DNA from: an uncultured Spirochaetota bacterium
Lineage (GTDB): Bacteria; Spirochaetota; Brevinematia; Brevinematales; JAOACQ01
Assembly: GCA_963768055.1 (NCBI GenBank)
Contig: CAVYGN010000002.1
Coordinates: 288,001-352,000, forward strand
Direction: 5' to 3'
Length of the DNA: 64,000 nt
Shown: positions 21,503-32,111 of the stretch, in pieces
Layout: each line of letters opens with the position of its first letter
Position numbering within the stretch: position 1 is the first letter of the stretch
Notes under the pieces: model-generated
What the model was told of the DNA's origin: nothing
Seen by the model: the letters and a program-made list of their open reading frames with translations, nothing else
Databases searched by the model: none
Program-made: the position numbers and the translations under genes

Positions 21503-21653
21503 GGGCACTTCTAAATACCGCCTTTTCACCGGACAAGCCGGTACAGGCAAGGCGGCAAGGTAGCCCCCTTACGGGGACAAGTGCACCATAGGGCGATTTC
21601 ATTACTATTAGAAAATCATTTATTAATAACAAGGTTAGTTTTTAGAACCGCCC
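21503..21653. mobile_element. MITE-like repeat, copy 2
   Basis: Ends GGGCACTTCTAA / TTAGAACCGCCC; two internal hairpin inserts. Confidence 0.75.
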
Positions 21654-21757
21654 ATAAGAATAACATTTGTTTAATATAATTTCAAATAAAAAATATACAT
21701 TAATCAGGATTTCAATTTATAATAATTCCTTCATTTTAATGAAATCCCGGAGGGTTT

Positions 21758-22927
21758 ATGCAAAAGCTGTTTTTATTAAGTTTCCTTTTGTTATTTGCCG
21801 CTTCTATTTCTTTCTCCAGCCCCTCCGTTACTTTCGACATATTCAATTCGTCGTATGTTTACGATGACGAGAACGGCAATGGGAACGGAAACGACTGGGA
21901 CTTGACCCAGTATACGCTCACTTACATCCAGGACATTTTTCAGCCCACTTTCACTATAAAGATGAACGACTCCCTTTCTTTTAAAGCCGGCTCGGGCTTC
22001 CTTATAGATTTTAACCAGCAGTCGAAGGTTGACGGATATTACCCTTATGTTCAGACAAAGATCAATTTCGGTGAAACTGTGCTTACGGTCGGAAACATCG
22101 ACTGCAACCATAACATGCCCGCCCCAATGATGGACGAGGCTTCGAGCATCACCCCTTTCATCCGCATCACCAATCATAACCACATGATGTACAGCCTGTT
22201 CAGCAACGTCGCACCCAACGAGAACGGGGATTACAACCCCACGATCGACGACGATACATGCGGCTTCTATCAATACGGCGCCGCTTACAACTGGAATGCT
22301 AAAAACGGAGTGCAGGGCGAACTATATCTTAACTGGCAGGAGATGGACATCTCGAACTCTTTTGAGAGCCATCGTGAAAGGTTCGACTGCGCACTTATCG
22401 AAAGTTACCAGCTGTTCGACATTTTGCCGCTTTACGGCTGCGTCCATTACTGGCATAACGGCGGCCATGAAACATACCATCCTGTCCCGGTCACCGAAAA
22501 TTATACCGGTGCCTTCGGATTGCGTAATACCAATTTCGATATCCTTTACATGGTATCGCAAATGTACTACGACAGGGATATCCCATCCTTTTCAGTCTTC
22601 GGCCAGGCTATATACATTGACTACCATTTGAGATTCGGAGACCTTGATATACAGCCGGAATTTTTTGTTTCGGACGCGTGGATCAATCCCAGCGATCATT
22701 TCATATCAGTCGAGGGCGATCCTTATTTTTATGCGCCGTTTTATGCCGGGATTAATGTTTATTATAATTTCTATTTCGATAAGGAAAGGACGACTCTTTG
22801 CCAGATGGGATTTGTAAACGGGACGTACATTGCCGCACCCTTTGAGCCTTATGAGATTGAGGATTTAAGGAACGACTTCCTGCTAAGGGTAAATTTTCAG
22901 TATTCGTTCGATATAATCAAAAATTGA
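21758..22927 (+). CDS. Putative outer-membrane beta-barrel protein
   Basis: Signal peptide; aromatic alternating strands, C-terminal NFQYSF. Confidence 0.6.
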   Translation: MQKLFLLSFLLLFAASISFSSPSVTFDIFNSSYVYDDENGNGNGNDWDLTQYTLTYIQDIFQPTFTIKMNDSLSFKAGSGFLIDFNQQSKVDGYYPYVQTKINFGETVLTVGNIDCNHNMPAPMMDEASSITPFIRITNHNHMMYSLFSNVAPNENGDYNPTIDDDTCGFYQYGAAYNWNAKNGVQGELYLNWQEMDISNSFESHRERFDCALIESYQLFDILPLYGCVHYWHNGGHETYHPVPVTENYTGAFGLRNTNFDILYMVSQMYYDRDIPSFSVFGQAIYIDYHLRFGDLDIQPEFFVSDAWINPSDHFISVEGDPYFYAPFYAGINVYYNFYFDKERTTLCQMGFVNGTYIAAPFEPYEIEDLRNDFLLRVNFQYSFDIIKN

Positions 22928-23121
22928 CCGGGGATAAACTATCCGCAGATCCTTCGACGCAGATTATCATTAAAATATGAAGGGATCAAAATATAATTTT
23001 TGGATTGTTTCCCATTTTTCAAATGAAAATCCGTTCGTTCTATTAAAAATACATTGCTGATATGATTTGAGTATTTGCAGCAAACATTATAAAATAAACC
23101 AAAGGCAGGGAGAATTAATTT

Positions 23122-23709
23122 ATGCCCGACTACATTAAAGCATCTTACCTTGAATCTCTCAACGCTTTAAGCGATTTCATCGAAAACGGCGTCAACATTA
23201 ACAAAACCGCCGAGGTGTCGAAACTTATAGCCGAAACTTTTAAAAGCGGGAACAAGGTCATCATTGCGGGCAACGGCGGCAGCGCCTGCGACGCAATGCA
23301 TTTTGCGGAGGAATTTACGGGCAAGTTCAGGTCCGACAGGAAAAGCCTGCCCGTCATCGCCCTGACTGACCCTGCGCATATAACCGCGGTAGGCAACGAC
23401 TTCGGGTTCGAGCACGTATTCTCCCGCGGGATCGAGGCCTATGGGAAAAAAGGCGATGTTTTTATAGGCATATCGACCAGCGGAAATTCTAAAAATATCG
23501 TAAAAGCCCTGGAAAAATGCCTCGAACTGGGCATAACACCGGTCGCTCTCCTCGGAAAGGGCGGGGGTGTTATAAAGGGGACATGCCCTTACGAGTTCAT
23601 AGCGCCGGGGAAGACCTCGGACAGGGCGCAGGAGATCCACATGGTGATCCTGCATATAATAATCGAAGGGGCGGAAAGGCTCCTGTTTCCCGGGAATTAT
23701 TCAGGGTAA
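23122..23709 (+). CDS. gmhA: Phosphoheptose isomerase
   Basis: GNGGSACDAMHFAEE, NDFGF, STSGNS, QEIH. Confidence 0.95.
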   Translation: MPDYIKASYLESLNALSDFIENGVNINKTAEVSKLIAETFKSGNKVIIAGNGGSACDAMHFAEEFTGKFRSDRKSLPVIALTDPAHITAVGNDFGFEHVFSRGIEAYGKKGDVFIGISTSGNSKNIVKALEKCLELGITPVALLGKGGGVIKGTCPYEFIAPGKTSDRAQEIHMVILHIIIEGAERLLFPGNYSG

Positions 23710-23726
23710 TACAGAAGGAGGAATAG

Positions 23727-24659
23727 ATGAAAAGAATATTGTTAATTGCAGTACTAATTTCCCTGTCCGCGGTTTTATCGACGGCAGGGTACGGCTCCGT
23801 GGACGACAACTCAAATTCGTTTAAAATCCAGGCCGGCGGGGAATGGATGTACGGGTACACCCTTTACGAGATAGGGGGTACAGTCCAGGATTATACAGGC
23901 GGAAATACGTGGACTCAGCCTTTTCCTACAAGCGAGCTCAAATATCCCGTCAACATTTTCCTTGCGACATTAAAAGCGGATTGGTCCTTCCATGACAGAT
24001 TCGAAATCGAGCTTACCGTCAAACAAAGCGTTTCGTCAAACTACGGGCTGGTTGAAGATTCAGACTGGTGGATACTGTCGGGCAATCCGAATACTCTGGA
24101 TGTTTACTCGACATCGGACGCATCCCTGGAATTTTCTTCAATCGACGCCCTATTCATGATCAAACTATTTTCCAGGTCGGGCTTCTCCTTGTCGGTCGGG
24201 CCCGGCTTTTTGTTCCAGTATTTTTATTACGATATAAGCAACCTTGACCAGACTTACCCCTCAGGCTATTATTCGGAAACTAATGTCTCCGGACAGATAG
24301 GGACTTACCAACTGGAAGAATATATATTCTACGCCGGATTTAAATTAAAATACTACACGGACTTTATTAATATCCAGTTGCTTCTCGGGCTGTCCCCGGC
24401 GGTCAGTTCGGACACGGATGAGCATTTACTCAGGAGTCTGGAGCTGGACGGTTCCGGTACCGGCCTCGGAGCGCTTGCGCGCCTTGACATAGCGATGTAT
24501 TTCACCGAAAATTTTTTCCTGGACCTGAAGGGCGGATTTATCTATATAACGACCAAAGGCACTCAGTATCAGTATACATCAGGAGACACAGCCTCTATAG
24601 ACTATTCGCATGAGAGCATGCAGGCCACGGCCGGCCTGGATATAGGGTTTGCTTTTTAA
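23727..24659 (+). CDS. Omptin-like outer-membrane beta-barrel
   Basis: SELKYP, EDSDW, DTDEHLLRS, C-terminal IGFAF. Confidence 0.7.
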   Translation: MKRILLIAVLISLSAVLSTAGYGSVDDNSNSFKIQAGGEWMYGYTLYEIGGTVQDYTGGNTWTQPFPTSELKYPVNIFLATLKADWSFHDRFEIELTVKQSVSSNYGLVEDSDWWILSGNPNTLDVYSTSDASLEFSSIDALFMIKLFSRSGFSLSVGPGFLFQYFYYDISNLDQTYPSGYYSETNVSGQIGTYQLEEYIFYAGFKLKYYTDFINIQLLLGLSPAVSSDTDEHLLRSLELDGSGTGLGALARLDIAMYFTENFFLDLKGGFIYITTKGTQYQYTSGDTASIDYSHESMQATAGLDIGFAF

Positions 24660-24695
24660 ACAGGCGGATTCCGGAGGTTTTATGGACGGCGCAGA

Positions 24696-27560
24696 ATGAT
24701 AAGAAGATCGATGATCGTTTTTGCCGTAATGCTTTCCTGCTGCATATTTCATTCAAAAGACATTGAAATAAAGCCGATGCTTCATCTTAATACCTCCATG
24801 CACACCTCCGATATCTGGGGGCTTGACACGGATCAGCGCGGTAAATATGTCCTGACCGCTTCCCAGGATAAAACAGCAAGGCTCTGGGACACAAAAACAG
24901 GAGACCTTATAAGGATCTTCAGGCCTCCGATAGATACGGGAAGCGAGGGCATGCTTTACGCGGGGGCCATCTCCCCCGACGGAAAAACGGCCGCAGTAGG
25001 AGGATATACCGGTTATGACTGGACAGGCACATTCAATGTTTATATTTTCAACGCAAAAACCGGTGAATTAACCCATGAGCTGACAAATATTGACGAATCG
25101 CCTCAGAAAATCATCTATTCCCCCGACGGCAAATTTCTGGCCGTATGCCAGGGAAGAAAGGGCGGCGTATCGGTTTTCAATACTTCGGGCTGGTCTGAAA
25201 TACATCTAGGGGGATACGGGGACAAGGTCTTCGACGCCGTTTTTTATAAAAAAATGTTCGTTACCGTATCTTACGACGGCAAAATAAGGATTTACGACAT
25301 GGGCAAGCTTCCCCGCCCTGTCAAATCCGCCGTCCTGACTGGCGGTACCCAGCCCTGCAGCGTCGCGGTAAACCCTGACGGCAGCAAGATCGCTGTCGGC
25401 TACAGCGATGAGAACAGGATCCAGGTCCTGGACTTCGAATCCCTCGGCCTTCTTTATGAGCCTGACTGCACGGGAGGTTCCCAGATATATAACCTGTCAA
25501 GGGTCGCCTGGTCGCTCGATGGGAATTACCTTTACGCAGGCGGCAATTATATAGTTAAAATCAAAAACGAATGGTGGTGCCCTATCCGGATGTGGTCGGA
25601 AGGAGGCAAAGGGGAATACGATGAATCTCCGGCGGCTTACGGCTCTGTAAGAAATATAAAGGTACTTCCCGACAGCACTATCCTTTACAGCGGCTACGCC
25701 CCCGACTGGGGAAAAATGGACACTAACGGGAAAAAGTTGATATACAAAAGAGGGGAAATATTCCCGATGAATTCTTCCGACAGCGACTTCCTGAAAATCA
25801 AGGATGACGGCGAGGGCGTCAGCTTTACGCCGGTTGGAGGAATCCCTTATTCATTTTCGATACCGGACCGTAAACTCCTCGAAGGAGAGAGCATTTACAG
25901 CAATAACAGCCGGCCGGTCGAAGTGATGGAAATCAGCGATTTCGCTTATTCCACCGCTCCACGACTTAACGGCAAGATACTCAACATCCTTGACGACTAC
26001 GAGCATTCCAGATGCTACGCGGTGAATCCCTCAGGCGAATCCTTTCTTCTAGGAGCAGACTGGGACATTTATTATCTCGGTAAAAGCGGCGATATTATCT
26101 GGAAAAAGCAGGTTAACGCCGCCGTTTATTCCATAGGCATCGCGCAAACAAGGGAAATATTCGCCGCAGCTGTGGGGGACGGCACGATAAGGTGGTACAG
26201 GTTGAGGGACGGCATGGAACTTTTATCCCTTTATATAAACAGCGCCACGAAGAAATGGGTCCTCTGGACGCCTTCCGGCTACTACGATTGCTCAACCGGG
26301 GGCGACAATCTGATCGGATGGCATATTAATAACGGCCTTGAAAGGGCGGCGGACTTTTACCCGGCAAGCCGTTTCTCGGAAAAGTTCTACAGGCCGGATG
26401 TCATACCCCTGATATTCGATCATTATAACGACGAGTCGTTCGAGAACCTTGCCATAAACAATGCCACAAATGAAATAATGACTATACTGCCGCCGGTGGT
26501 TTCAATACTTTCGCCGGAAAACGGCGCAACGGTCGACAATCCCCGGGTAGAGCTTGTCATTAACGTGAGGACCCCTTTAAATACTAAAGTAATCGAGATC
26601 AAGACTCTGGTTAACGGCCGCCCTATAGCTAATAAAACAAAGGGGCTGACGGTTACCCCTGCAGGAAGGGAGGGTGAAACCGAGTCGATCGCCCTGACCC
26701 TTACCGGGGAAGTGAACGAAATTTCGGTCCTCGCCAGGAACGAAAACAGCTGGAGCGAACCCGCAACGATAAAAGTGACATACAGGAAGGGCGGTTCAGG
26801 CGAGGAATTCGTAATCAAGCCTAAGCTTTACCTTCTTGCGATAGGCGTCAGCCTTTACGACAACAAGGATATACGCCTGAAGTATCCGGCGAAAGACGCC
26901 GGCGATTTCGCACAGGCGATGATCCCTCAAAAGGGCGGCCTTTACAGGGATATTGAAGAAAAGATCTTAACAAATGAAAACGCAACGAAAGACAATATTT
27001 TAGACGCCCTGGATTGGATACAGAAGGAGACTACTTCCAAGGACGTGGCAATGATATTCCTTTCAGGACATGGAGTCGACGACGCCAATGGATTTTTCTA
27101 TTACCTGCCCGTAAACACGGACCTCGATAAACTGAAAAGGACCGCTGTACCTTTTACGGATATTAAAAACACAATAGCAAGCATTGCCGGAAAGACGGTC
27201 TTTTTCGTAGACGCCTGCCATTCCGGCAACATAATGGGGACAAGGAAGGGAATACCGGATATAAACGGGATAGTGAACGAACTTACATCAGCTGAAAACG
27301 GGGCCGTTGTCTTCACCTCGTCCACAGGCAACCAGTACTCGCTTGAATCCGACGAATGGGCGAACGGAGCCTTTACCAAGGCCCTCGTCGAAGGCTTGCG
27401 CGGAAAAGCGGACTATGATAAAACCGGAAGGATCACGATCAATATGATAGATCTGTACGTATCCGAAAGGGTCAAGGAATTGACCAAAGGTGCCCAAACC
27501 CCGTCGACGACTAAACCCCAGACGATACCGGATTTTCCCGTAGCTATCGAGAAAAAATGA
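24696..27560 (+). CDS. Secreted WD40-repeat protein with C-terminal caspase (peptidase C14) domain
   Basis: TASQDKTARLWD WD40 repeats; FLSGHG and DACHSG dyad; NGAFT. Confidence 0.9.
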   Translation: MIRRSMIVFAVMLSCCIFHSKDIEIKPMLHLNTSMHTSDIWGLDTDQRGKYVLTASQDKTARLWDTKTGDLIRIFRPPIDTGSEGMLYAGAISPDGKTAAVGGYTGYDWTGTFNVYIFNAKTGELTHELTNIDESPQKIIYSPDGKFLAVCQGRKGGVSVFNTSGWSEIHLGGYGDKVFDAVFYKKMFVTVSYDGKIRIYDMGKLPRPVKSAVLTGGTQPCSVAVNPDGSKIAVGYSDENRIQVLDFESLGLLYEPDCTGGSQIYNLSRVAWSLDGNYLYAGGNYIVKIKNEWWCPIRMWSEGGKGEYDESPAAYGSVRNIKVLPDSTILYSGYAPDWGKMDTNGKKLIYKRGEIFPMNSSDSDFLKIKDDGEGVSFTPVGGIPYSFSIPDRKLLEGESIYSNNSRPVEVMEISDFAYSTAPRLNGKILNILDDYEHSRCYAVNPSGESFLLGADWDIYYLGKSGDIIWKKQVNAAVYSIGIAQTREIFAAAVGDGTIRWYRLRDGMELLSLYINSATKKWVLWTPSGYYDCSTGGDNLIGWHINNGLERAADFYPASRFSEKFYRPDVIPLIFDHYNDESFENLAINNATNEIMTILPPVVSILSPENGATVDNPRVELVINVRTPLNTKVIEIKTLVNGRPIANKTKGLTVTPAGREGETESIALTLTGEVNEISVLARNENSWSEPATIKVTYRKGGSGEEFVIKPKLYLLAIGVSLYDNKDIRLKYPAKDAGDFAQAMIPQKGGLYRDIEEKILTNENATKDNILDALDWIQKETTSKDVAMIFLSGHGVDDANGFFYYLPVNTDLDKLKRTAVPFTDIKNTIASIAGKTVFFVDACHSGNIMGTRKGIPDINGIVNELTSAENGAVVFTSSTGNQYSLESDEWANGAFTKALVEGLRGKADYDKTGRITINMIDLYVSERVKELTKGAQTPSTTKPQTIPDFPVAIEKK

Positions 27561-27615
27561 CAGGGCTTTTACTGTAAAACCGCAGGGACGTTAAGGAGTT
27601 TGTGTAATTCCTTGT

Positions 27616-28161
27616 TTAAAAGCCGTATTTGGATTGCAACTCCACTACAACCTTGTTGTACTTTTCATGTATCATTTTCATATCGAATTCGTAGTATTCT
27701 TTAAGCTGAAGGTCAAGCTCCGCCGGGGTAAAATACTTTTCAGTATCGGGGAAAAACAAATCGTCCTCTTTACGAATATGAACAGGATAAAATTCGATAA
27801 GCCATGTCAAATGCCCCAGGATATCCTCGAGGGCTTTAAGATCCCCGTTGACATATCTCATTTTTGAATCGACAAGTTCGCCGACTGTTTTGCGCGCCCT
27901 ATTATGTTCGCCTATGAGGTCTTCCATCGATTTCCTGTCGCTATCGCTTAATTTTTTACTTTCCAGTTCTTTAAAGAGGATCCCCTCTTCCTTGCCATGA
28001 TGGGTCCGGTCGGCGTATGTCCTGATGAAATCAACCGCCGTATCTATGAAAACAGGATCGACTTTACCCTGCTTTTTAATATTGATCGATTCCTTGTCGA
28101 TTACAAAGAGCATCTTTTCTATCAGCCTGTGTTCGATCATAAGAAGGCCTCTCGGTTTCAT
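27616..28161 (-). CDS. Hemerythrin (HHE) domain protein
   Basis: EH, HHGKEE, EH, HIRKED. Confidence 0.9.
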   Translation of the reverse strand: MKPRGLLMIEHRLIEKMLFVIDKESINIKKQGKVDPVFIDTAVDFIRTYADRTHHGKEEGILFKELESKKLSDSDRKSMEDLIGEHNRARKTVGELVDSKMRYVNGDLKALEDILGHLTWLIEFYPVHIRKEDDLFFPDTEKYFTPAELDLQLKEYYEFDMKMIHEKYNKVVVELQSKYGF

Positions 28162-28754
28162 ACTTCCTCCATTATTTCAGCGAACATATATTTTGCTTCC
28201 ATAATAAAATCATCCTGCAGCATGACTTTTAAATAAACAGGGTTAAGTACGACAATATCCAATTTATTAGTCCAGCGGATATCAAGAGCGATACCTGGAA
28301 TATTCATATAGATATCTCTTTTCCAGTTTTGAAAATATTCTTCAAAACCGGAAGTTTTTGGAAATTTCTCTTTATCGAAGGCGTTAAAAAAAGTCATAAA
28401 ACGATTATTTATTTCATACGATCTATCCAGGTTATTTTTAATTATGCCGGGAAAGGCGGCAATGAATTTTTCATCGAATTTATACTTCACCTCGCAAAAA
28501 AATTCGTCAAGGTGGCTTGCGTTTAAGAGGAGCTGGTTTTTAGCGATAAGCTGAGAGCTTGTCGCCCAGTGCATCGATAATGGATAATCGTTATAACGCT
28601 TGTTCATATCCTTCGTCCAGTTCATAAAAACCACATCGTAATCCGTTGTGGAAGACTTATATCTTGAATAAAAATATTCGTTGAGTATATGGAATTCGCT
28701 TAAGATCTTCCTGATTATATCGATATAAACTCCAACCTGTATCAACATATGCAC
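28158..28754 (-). CDS. Hypothetical protein
   Basis: 198-aa ORF overlapping the next start by ATGA. Confidence 0.65.
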   Translation of the reverse strand: MHMLIQVGVYIDIIRKILSEFHILNEYFYSRYKSSTTDYDVVFMNWTKDMNKRYNDYPLSMHWATSSQLIAKNQLLLNASHLDEFFCEVKYKFDEKFIAAFPGIIKNNLDRSYEINNRFMTFFNAFDKEKFPKTSGFEEYFQNWKRDIYMNIPGIALDIRWTNKLDIVVLNPVYLKVMLQDDFIMEAKYMFAEIMEEV

Positions 28755-28817
28755 CGCCAGACTATTTTACATTCAAATGTGCCAATTTGCAATATTAAAA
28801 GCCACAATTCTAAGGAA

Positions 28818-29105
28818 GCCGTTCAAACAACATACTGTCTGTATGAAGTCAATTTTTATCGAGCAGCACTTGAGAGCTTGAGCCGTATCAGCTCAAAACG
28901 GCTGCAAGCGTAACTCAACCGCTCATTGAAAGTTTTTAAGCAAAGAAATATTTTTTTTATTATCAATTTAAATAATAAATACAATGAGCGGTCTCGGACA
29001 AAGCGCTTGCTTTTCGCCGTTTTTTCGCTGACGGCTTCTACGCTCTCTTCGTAAGGCTCGATAAAAATTGCTTCATAAAAGATTGTATATTGTTTCGAAT
29101 CCGGC
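28818..29105. repeat. Long imperfect inverted repeat (~110-120-nt arms, AT-rich loop)
   Basis: TATGAAGTCAATTTTTATCGAGC pairs with GCTCGATAAAAATTGCTTCATA; ACCGCTCATTG pairs with CAATGAGCGGT. Confidence 0.85.
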
Positions 29106-29201
29106 GTGAAAGTGAAGGACTTGCCTTTTCATCACCTTGTGTTTTTTTCAAAAAATAGTAATTAGGAAAATAATAATGTAAAATAATAAGGGAGAGGGAT
29201 C

Positions 29202-29648
29202 GTGAAAAAATTTGAATTCAAGCTTCAAAAGCTGCTTGAAATCAGGCAGAAAAAAGAGGACCAGGAGAAGATCGAACTCTCGAAAGCAAGCGGGGCTTAT
29301 CAATTCGTATTGAACAAAAAGGAAAAAATCCTTTCAAACGTCCAGAAAATGCTCGATGAGCTTAAAAAAAATAAAAACAATCTTTTACTGAAAGACCTGC
29401 AGGAATATGACAGGCTTGTAAAGAATTCGGAGGCATCCGTCGCCATGCTGGAGGATGAAATTGAGGAAAAACGGAAAATCATGCAGGAACATATAGACAA
29501 ATACTCGGCCCTGAAAAGGGAAAGGAAGGTCGTTGAAACCCTCAAGGAAAAGGCCTTGATAAGATATGAACTCGAAGCCGGCAGGGAAGAGCAAAAAGAG
29601 ACGGATGAAATCGGGCAGGACTTATTCCTTAGAAATAAAGAGAATTAA
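29202..29648 (+). CDS. fliJ: Flagellar export protein FliJ
   Basis: MKKFEFKLQKLLEIR...EEQKETDE. Confidence 0.9.
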   Translation: MKKFEFKLQKLLEIRQKKEDQEKIELSKASGAYQFVLNKKEKILSNVQKMLDELKKNKNNLLLKDLQEYDRLVKNSEASVAMLEDEIEEKRKIMQEHIDKYSALKRERKVVETLKEKALIRYELEAGREEQKETDEIGQDLFLRNKEN

Positions 29649-29702
29649 ATAACTTCCGACAATTAAAACAGGAGTATTGATTATTATTTAGAGGAGGGGA
29701 AA

Positions 29703-30404
29703 ATGCTTGAAAGTATAAGCGGCGTTTTCAACAGAATAAGCGAGATAAATTCGAGGATCGAGGAAATAAAGTCGATCGTGAAACGGCCTGAGACAAAACC
29801 TCTCGAACTGAAAAATAACGACGTAAAAGATGAAAATTCCCCCGATAATCAGAAATTCAGCGAAATTCTAAAACAGGTCCTTGAAGATAACAATACCCTG
29901 CCGGGCCGGGACAGCCTGCTTGATTACAACAAGGTAAATGAAGTCGTAGGGACAAGGAACGATTCAAAAGAACTTCTCAATTTGCTTTATAAAAAGGGTA
30001 TGAATAACGTTAACAGCGATGTAAACGGCATTATAGGAGACGCATCGGAATTATTTCATGTCGATAAATCCCTGATCAAGGCTGTAATTCAGCAGGAATC
30101 GGGCTTCAACCCGGAAGCGGTCTCCCCGAAGGGTGCGATGGGGCTTATGCAGCTTATGCCCCAGACGGCGGAGCTTCTCGGGGTCGGCAATCCATTCGAT
30201 ATAAAAGAAAATATCCTTGGAGGAACACGCTATCTCAAGGCGCTGTTGACAAAATATGACGGCGACCTGGACAAGACCCTTGCGGCGTATAACGCGGGGC
30301 CCGATTCGGTAGACAGATACGGCGGCATCCCTCCGTATGAGGAAACACAGGGGTATGTCAAAAATGTCCTCCAGTATTACAACGATTATAAAAATTTCAA
30401 GTGA
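29703..30404 (+). CDS. Lytic transglycosylase (SLT domain)
   Basis: QESGF, GAMGLMQLMP, AAYNAG, ETQGYV. Confidence 0.93.
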   Translation: MLESISGVFNRISEINSRIEEIKSIVKRPETKPLELKNNDVKDENSPDNQKFSEILKQVLEDNNTLPGRDSLLDYNKVNEVVGTRNDSKELLNLLYKKGMNNVNSDVNGIIGDASELFHVDKSLIKAVIQQESGFNPEAVSPKGAMGLMQLMPQTAELLGVGNPFDIKENILGGTRYLKALLTKYDGDLDKTLAAYNAGPDSVDRYGGIPPYEETQGYVKNVLQYYNDYKNFK

Positions 30405-30416
30405 CGGTCCTTCTCA

Positions 30417-30998
30417 ATGAATAGAAACAGGCGAATTATTTTCCTTCTTTTCATTAATCTTGGGCTGGCTTTCCTGTCAATCTATATACTGGATATTCTC
30501 CAGATAATCGATTACAGGCAGATCATAAACGAGGTCCCATTCCTGAGGGAATCCCCTTCCGCCAAGATCGAGGACCCTTACCTGCTCGAAAAGGTCGAAC
30601 TGGATAAAAAATGGCAGACGCTTGATGAGAGGATCAGGAATTTCGAGGAGGAAAAGAAAAAACTCGAGGAAGAATCGAGAAAAATAGAGATAGATAAGGA
30701 AAACGTCGCCAAGGATAAAGAAAACGTAAAGAATATGATCGATAATTTTCAAAAGGATAAAAATGAAAAGGATTCTTACGACAAAAGGGTAGACCAGGTC
30801 TCCATCCAGCTTGAAAATATGCCTCCGGAAGACGCGGTTAAGATACTCGGCAAGCAGGACGATATGATGATCATGGATATATTGAAAAGAATGGACGCCC
30901 GCGCACAGGAGGCAGGACGTTCCTCGCCTGTTTCCCACCTTCTCTCATTAATGGACCCGGACCAATCCGCCAGGATCCAGCGGAAAATGCTTCAATAA
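30417..30998 (+). CDS. flbB: Periplasmic flagellar collar protein FlbB-like
   Basis: N-terminal TM, coiled coil, MPPEDAVKIL...LSLMDP; downstream of fliJ. Confidence 0.75.
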   Translation: MNRNRRIIFLLFINLGLAFLSIYILDILQIIDYRQIINEVPFLRESPSAKIEDPYLLEKVELDKKWQTLDERIRNFEEEKKKLEEESRKIEIDKENVAKDKENVKNMIDNFQKDKNEKDSYDKRVDQVSIQLENMPPEDAVKILGKQDDMMIMDILKRMDARAQEAGRSSPVSHLLSLMDPDQSARIQRKMLQ

Positions 30999-31639
30999 TC
31001 CACTGCTTTAAGCCTGACATGTGCGAAGGCCCTGTAAAAATTAGCGGCGACATAATCTTTTTTGGAAAACCCTTCACCCCTGTCGATACGGAGATACGAA
31101 TTTATCGTATACAGATCGCCGTCGGAGAGTTTTACGGCATAAGTATCAGGATAATAAAGATTTAAACGGCTTTCTTCCACTCCGCGGTTCGCAAAATGGA
31201 TGAAATCAAGAGTATCGAATCTACCGTTCCCGACAACGATCCCGATATGGCTGAGAGGATTATTCCACCTCTTCCTGCCTTTTATATCGTATGTATTGTC
31301 AAAAAATACGATATCCCCGGGGTTCGCTATTTTTTCTTTATATACGAACCCGTATTTCTCAAGGCCGTCATAGAGCGTATCGACCCCGCCCCTTCCCTTT
31401 CCATAAGCAGTGTAGAGGTCGAAGCCCGCCCTGTAATAAACATAGTCGACGAAGCCTATGCAGTCGCTTGTAAAATGCTTTCCGTTAACCGGGGGAACGC
31501 TTTTAAGGCCTATCGAATCCCTTGCTATCTTGGCGACTTTTATATAGAAAGCGTCAACCCTGGGGTCCGACGGGTAGCATATCCCGCAAAAGAAAAAAAT
31601 CGTAATCGCAAATAAAATCCCTTTCATGTAATCCGCCAT
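30992..31639 (-). CDS. NlpC/P60-CHAP family cell-wall peptidase
   Basis: DCIGFV, PGDIVFF, SHIGIV. Confidence 0.85.
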   Translation of the reverse strand: MADYMKGILFAITIFFFCGICYPSDPRVDAFYIKVAKIARDSIGLKSVPPVNGKHFTSDCIGFVDYVYYRAGFDLYTAYGKGRGGVDTLYDGLEKYGFVYKEKIANPGDIVFFDNTYDIKGRKRWNNPLSHIGIVVGNGRFDTLDFIHFANRGVEESRLNLYYPDTYAVKLSDGDLYTINSYLRIDRGEGFSKKDYVAANFYRAFAHVRLKAVDY

Positions 31640-31823
31640 ATGTATAACCCGCTTATTTATATCGACAATATACCTTAATTATATCACAAAAAAAGCTTTA
31701 CAAAAACAATCAATCTATATCTTGACAGAATCTTTTCCGGTCCATAAAATGATGAATCTCGCTTTTTTCGGTTATATTTCAATACCGCAGGTCATGTTGT
31801 TATTTATATAGGAGGTTATTTTT

Positions 31824-32057
31824 ATGGCTGATGTTTTTGACAAGGTGAAGGAAATTATTGTTGACAAGCTTGGTGTCGATGAAACGGCCGTCAAGCTTGA
31901 GGCTTCGTTTATTGAGGATTTAGGTGCCGATTCCCTGGATATTGTCGATTTAATAATGGCTTTAGAAGAAGAATTCGGTGTTGATATTCCCGACGAGGAA
32001 GCCCAGAATATCAAGAATGTCGGTGATGCTGTTAATTATATTAAAAGTCATCAGTAA
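31824..32057 (+). CDS. acpP: Acyl carrier protein
   Basis: DLGADSLD. Confidence 0.97.
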   Translation: MADVFDKVKEIIVDKLGVDETAVKLEASFIEDLGADSLDIVDLIMALEEEFGVDIPDEEAQNIKNVGDAVNYIKSHQ

Positions 32058-32064
32058 ATTTATT

Positions 32065-32095
32065 AAAAAAACGGGGACTCGCTCCCCGTTTTTTT
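32065..32095 (+). terminator. Intrinsic terminator after acpP
   Basis: AAAAAAACGGGGA-ctcgc-TCCCCGTTTTTTT. Confidence 0.9.
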
Positions 32096-32111
32096 ATTCC
32101 CGGAGGGAACG

